From NCBI GenBank assembly GCA_965202805.1, contig OZ241869.1, positions 768,001 through 832,000 of the forward strand: 64,000 bases of DNA. Reading direction: 5' to 3'. Both the position numbers and the translations under genes were made by a program. The stretch comes from Longimicrobiales bacterium (GTDB taxonomy: Bacteria > Gemmatimonadota > Gemmatimonadetes > Longimicrobiales > Gaopeijiaceae). A model generated the notes under the pieces. It saw nothing but the letters and a program-made list of their open reading frames with translations, searched no databases and was not told where the DNA came from. The stretch's first letter is position 1, and each line of letters starts with the position of its first letter. Below, in pieces: positions 60,205-64,000 of the stretch.

Positions 60205-60534
60205 ATGACCGATCGAGTTCTGACGGTTACGGACGAAAGCTTCGCCAACGACATAGAGAACAGCCAGGGACTGGCAATGGTGGATTTCTGGGCGACCTGG
60301 TGCGGCCCCTGCCGCATCGTCTCGCCCATCGTCGACCAGCTTGCCGACGAATATGGTGACCGGGGGGTGACGGTGGGGAAGGTGGACGTGGACACCAACC
60401 CGGCCACCTCCGCCCGCTTCGGGGTCCGCTCCATCCCGAGCATCCTCTTCTTCAAGGACGGCCGGCACGTCGACACCGTCGTCGGCGCCGTTCCGAGAGC
60501 CCATCTCGAGGAGAAGATCGAGGCGCACCTGTAG
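60205..60534 (+). CDS. trxA: Thioredoxin
   Basis: VDFWATWCGPCR, FGVRSIPS; AAGGAG RBS. Confidence 0.97.
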   Translation: MTDRVLTVTDESFANDIENSQGLAMVDFWATWCGPCRIVSPIVDQLADEYGDRGVTVGKVDVDTNPATSARFGVRSIPSILFFKDGRHVDTVVGAVPRAHLEEKIEAHL

Positions 60535-60564
60535 CATCGAGGCGCACCCGTAGTATCGAGGCGC
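60517..60564 (+). repeat. 19-bp tandem repeat (about 2.5 copies) of the trxA 3' end
   Basis: ATCGAGGCGCACCTGTAGC / ATCGAGGCGCACCCGTAGT / ATCGAGGCGC. Confidence 0.85.
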
Positions 60565-60571
60565 GCGCGGG

Positions 60572-61417
60572 GTGGCGACCCTCTACCTCGTCAGCACCCC
60601 CATCGGAAACCTTTCCGACCTCTCCGCGCGTGCGGCCCAGGTGCTTGGCGGGGTAGAGCGGGTTTTCGCGGAGGACACCCGCAGGACCGGGAAGCTGCTG
60701 CGGCACCTCGGCGTCGCGACGCCGCTCACCTCTCTGCATCAGCACAACGAAGCGGCGCGCGCCGGGCGGGTTCTCGAGTGCCTGGATTCGGGGCGGGATG
60801 CGGCCGTGGTGAGCGATGCCGGAACCCCGCTGGTTTCGGATCCGGGCGCGCGCGTGGTGGACGCCGCGCTGGAAGCCGGGCACGACGTGGTTCCGGTGCC
60901 GGGGCCGTCCGCTATCCTGGCCGCGCTGGTGGGATCGGGGCTCCCGGCGGACCGCTTCGTCTTCCTGGGATTCGCGCCCCGCAAGGGTCGGGAACGGCGC
61001 GCGCTGGTGCAGCGGGCGGCTCGATCGCGGGAGACCATCGTGCTCTTCGAGGCCCCGGGCCGGCTTTGCCGCCTGCTGAGCGACCTGGAGCACGCGTGCG
61101 GCCCGGACCGCCGGGTGGCGGTGGCGCGCGAAATGACCAAATTGCACGAGGAGTTCGTGCGAGGAACCCTCGCCGAGGCCCGCGCCCATTTCGGGGAGCG
61201 CGCGCCCCGGGGAGAGGTGACGCTGGTGCTGGACCGCGCTCCGGGGGGCGAGCCCGACGAATCCGCCGCCCGCGAGCTGGCCGCCGAACTGCTGGCCGGG
61301 GGCGCGCGGCCGAGCGAGGCCGTGCGGGAAGTGGTCGCCCGATGCGGGGTGTCTCGCAACCGCTCCTACCGTATCGTACATTTAACCGTTGCGCGACACC
61401 GGTCGGAGACGGAGTAG
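60572..61417 (+). CDS. rsmI: 16S rRNA (C1402-2'-O)-methyltransferase
   Basis: TLYLVSTPIGNLSDLSARA, AEDTR, VSDAGTPLVSDPG, VAREMTKLHEE, RGEVTLV. Confidence 0.96.
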   Translation: MATLYLVSTPIGNLSDLSARAAQVLGGVERVFAEDTRRTGKLLRHLGVATPLTSLHQHNEAARAGRVLECLDSGRDAAVVSDAGTPLVSDPGARVVDAALEAGHDVVPVPGPSAILAALVGSGLPADRFVFLGFAPRKGRERRALVQRAARSRETIVLFEAPGRLCRLLSDLEHACGPDRRVAVAREMTKLHEEFVRGTLAEARAHFGERAPRGEVTLVLDRAPGGEPDESAARELAAELLAGGARPSEAVREVVARCGVSRNRSYRIVHLTVARHRSETE

Positions 61418-61467
61418 ACGCGCCCCCACGCCGGCAGGGCGCTCACGCGGGAGTGGTTCGGGAATCC

Positions 61468-62133
61468 ATGCTGAAGCCGATTGTTCTCCCGGTCCTGGCG
61501 ATCGTGCTTGCGGCCGTCGCGCCTGTCGACTCGACGCTCACCGTCGCGCGCCTCCAGTACGACGGAGGGGGCGACTGGTATGCGAACCCGTCCTCGCTGG
61601 CCAATCTGCTGGAGCGAATCGCGGCCGACACCGGGTTGCCGGTAGCGGACCGCGAAGCCACCATCACCCTCCGTGATCCCGCGCTGCCCGACTACCCCTA
61701 CGTTTACGTGACCGGCCACGGAAACATGAGTTTCTCGCTGGAGGAACAGGGCGCGTTGCGCGACTACCTGCTGGGAGGGGGCTTCCTGCACGTCGACGAC
61801 AACTACGGCCTCGACGAATCCTTCCGCCGGGAGATCGCACGCGTCTTTCCCGACCGCGAGCTCGTGGAGATTCCCCCGGATCACCCCGTCTTCCACGCCT
61901 TTCACCCGTTCCCGGAAGGCCTGCCCAAGATCCACGAGCACGACGGGGGTCCGCCGCAAGCCTTCGGGCTCTTCGAGCGTGGCCGGCTGATGCTCTTCTA
62001 CAGCTATGAAAGCGATCTGGGGGACGGGTGGGAGGATCCCGAGGTGCACGACGATCCTCCCGAGACCCGCGAGCAGGCCCTGCGCATGGGCGTAAACCTG
62101 TTCGTCTACGCGATCACCCGGGGGGCCTCCTGA
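61468..62133 (+). CDS. DUF4159 family exported protein
   Basis: Signal peptide; ARLQYDGGGDWYANPSSL, YVTGHGN, GGFLHVDDNYG, GLPKIHEHDG, DLGDGWED, ALRMGVN. Confidence 0.88.
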   Translation: MLKPIVLPVLAIVLAAVAPVDSTLTVARLQYDGGGDWYANPSSLANLLERIAADTGLPVADREATITLRDPALPDYPYVYVTGHGNMSFSLEEQGALRDYLLGGGFLHVDDNYGLDESFRREIARVFPDRELVEIPPDHPVFHAFHPFPEGLPKIHEHDGGPPQAFGLFERGRLMLFYSYESDLGDGWEDPEVHDDPPETREQALRMGVNLFVYAITRGAS

Positions 62134-64000
62134 ACCCGGCGCCCCGCCCGAGCGTCCGCGGCGTGTTCGAGGCCGTGCGCGGCCACGTCGGCACCCGCTT
62201 CGGGATGGCGGGGGCGCTGTGGGCGACCGTTCCGGTGGCCGTCACCCTGATGCTCGCCTGGTGGCTGGGTGGTGCGGCGGGTTGGCGGCAGGGAAGCGCC
62301 GCGCCGCTGATCCTGGACGGGATTGCGATCGTCGCGGTCGCGCTCCTGGTCGCGTTGCTGGTCCGGATCCGGCGGCGCTGGCTCGACGAGGCCGGGGTCG
62401 CCGCAACCATGGAGGAGGCGGCCGGCCTTGCCCGCGGCGTGGTGCGCGGGTCGCTCGAGCTCTCCCGTTCGGTCCCGCCCGGTGTATCGGCGGCACTGGC
62501 GCGCCGTGCGGAAGCGCGGGTGGCGGGGCGCCTCACGTCCTCCCCGTCCGTGCTGGCCGGGTCGCTCCACCGGCGCAGCGGGCGCTGGATGCGCCTCGGG
62601 GCGGGGGCGCTCGTGGTGGCCAGCGTGCCGGTGATCTCCGCGTGGGCCGCGTCGCCGGAACGGTCGCGGCGCGCCTGGTCGGGGCTCGCCGCCCCGTTCG
62701 GTGTGATGGCGAGCCCGCGCTACGCTCCCCTGGCGGTTCGTCCGGGAGACATCGAGGTCTCGCGCGGGTCGGACGTGACCATCGAGGTCGAAACGATGGG
62801 ACGCCTCGAGGTTACGCTGCACTCCCGCGCACCGGGCGACGTACCGCGCGCCGTCACGCGCCAGGTCGCCGGCGGCGTCGCATCGTTCCGGTTCAACGCC
62901 GTGGAAACCGCCTTCGAGTACTGGGCGTCGGCCCCGGACGGGAGCACGAGCGAGCGCTACCGGGTCACCCCGGTGGATCCGCTTTTCGTCGCGGATCTGG
63001 TTCTGGAGCTCACCTTCCCGCCGCACACCGGCCGCTATGCGGAGGAGTATCGGGGGTCCGCGCCGCCGTTGAGCATCCCGGTGGGCACCCGCGTGCGTGT
63101 GGAAGGACGTGCCAGCCGCGAACTCCAGGTCGCCAGCCTCGCAGTCGAGGAGCCGAGCGGGCCGGCGGTCGCCCTGCAGGTCGACGGCCCTCGCTTCCAT
63201 GCCGACTGGACGCCGCGCGCCGGGGGTGCATACCACTGGCATCTCGTCGACGCGCGCGGCGGCGGCCCGGAGATCCCGCCCGTCCCGCTCGACATCACTC
63301 TGGTGCGGGACTCGGTGCCCGACGTCGCCATCGTCTTTCCCGGCCGCGACACCGTGCTTCCGCTCTCCATGGAGCAGCCGCTGGTCGTTCGGGCACAAGA
63401 CGACTATGGGCTCACCTCGGTCGAGCTGGTCACCTACCGGGTACGATCTCTGGGTGCACCCGAGGATCCGGTCGTGCGCAGAATGGGGATGGCCGGCACG
63501 CGGAGCGCGCTCGTGCGCCCGCTCCTTGACGTCTCCGACTGGGGGCTGCTCGCCGGCGACGAGATTCGCTACCGGGCTCGCGTGGTCGACAACGCACCGT
63601 CGCCGCAAATCGGCGAGAGCCCGGAATACGCGCTGCGCATGCCGGAGGCGTCCGAGCTTCGCTGGCAGGCCCAGCAGATGCTTGAAGACGCCGCGGCCGA
63701 GGTCGAATCGCTGGCGGAGCAGGCGGGGGCAGCGGCGGAGGAGACCCGGGAACTCGAGCGCCGCAATCAGGCGGAGCGAGCCGAGGAGCGCAGAAACCCC
63801 GGAACCCGCGGAGAGGAGGAACTGAGCTTCGAGGAGCAGGAAGAGCTGCGGCAGGCGCTCGAAGCGCAGGAGGAGCTGGCGGCCGAGGTGGATTCGCTGA
63901 GGCAGGAACTGGAGGAGGTCTCCGAGTCCATGCGCCAGGCGGGTCTCCCGGACCCCGAGTTCACCGACGAGATGGAGGAGCTCCAGCGTCTTCTCGAGGA
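62130..64000 (+). CDS. Large membrane-anchored Ig-like/coiled-coil protein (DUF4175-like), runs off right edge
   Basis: Spot checks at start, middle and end are in one frame; N-terminal TM segments, beta-rich middle with RAQDDYGL, Glu-rich coiled coil. Start is CTG 62130 overlapping the upstream stop, or GTG 62163. Confidence 0.8.
   Translation, partial: MNPAPRPSVRGVFEAVRGHVGTRFGMAGALWATVPVAVTLMLAWWLGGAAGWRQGSAAPLILDGIAIVAVALLVALLVRIRRRWLDEAGVAATMEEAAGLARGVVRGSLELSRSVPPGVSAALARRAEARVAGRLTSSPSVLAGSLHRRSGRWMRLGAGALVVASVPVISAWAASPERSRRAWSGLAAPFGVMASPRYAPLAVRPGDIEVSRGSDVTIEVETMGRLEVTLHSRAPGDVPRAVTRQVAGGVASFRFNAVETAFEYWASAPDGSTSERYRVTPVDPLFVADLVLELTFPPHTGRYAEEYRGSAPPLSIPVGTRVRVEGRASRELQVASLAVEEPSGPAVALQVDGPRFHADWTPRAGGAYHWHLVDARGGGPEIPPVPLDITLVRDSVPDVAIVFPGRDTVLPLSMEQPLVVRAQDDYGLTSVELVTYRVRSLGAPEDPVVRRMGMAGTRSALVRPLLDVSDWGLLAGDEIRYRARVVDNAPSPQIGESPEYALRMPEASELRWQAQQMLEDAAAEVESLAEQAGAAAEETRELERRNQAERAEERRNPGTRGEEELSFEEQEELRQALEAQEELAAEVDSLRQELEEVSESMRQAGLPDPEFTDEMEELQRLLE

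Noticed and set aside
59035..60534. 499-aa ORF ending in thioredoxin
   Set aside because: Open-frame extension over three other genes in GC-rich DNA; trxA has an SD and ATG at 60205.
60517..60564. Mini CRISPR array
   Set aside because: Repeats are directly adjacent with no spacers, derive from trxA coding sequence, and no cas genes are present.

Overview
A high-GC, densely coding bacterial core-genome window with about 61 CDS. Gene order (rplM-rpsI-rpsB-tsf-pyrH-frr-uppS-cdsA-dxr-rseP; nusA-infB-DUF503-rbfA-truB-ribF-rpsO-pnp; mreBCD-mrdA-rodA-accD-folC-hisS) and protein styles suggest an FCB-group organism, most plausibly Gemmatimonadota (inference, not a database result). Contents are translation factors, aminoacyl-tRNA synthetases (serS, hisS, proS, gatCAB), cell-shape and cell-wall genes, central metabolism (fhs, ald, lysA, guaA, mce), clpB, trxA, an OPT transporter, several small hypothetical lipoproteins, and the start of a DUF4159/DUF4175-like module that runs off the right end. 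I saw no rRNA, tRNA, CRISPR array, prophage, IS element or defence island, and no clearly novel multi-gene system. The best leads are regulatory or fine-scale: (1) a tandem, helically phased TCTGCCA-AAA-TGGCAGA palindrome before clpB that is not CIRCE, HAIR or a CtsR box; (2) an AT-rich, codon-anomalous patch inside the pnp KH domain carrying an antisense extended -10; (3) a nusA operon that keeps its promoter and leader terminator but lacks rimP; (4) a eukaryote-like long-form Fhs; (5) a Cys-to-Asp MurA; (6) a probably leaderless hisS; (7) an HmuY-like lipoprotein upstream of serS.
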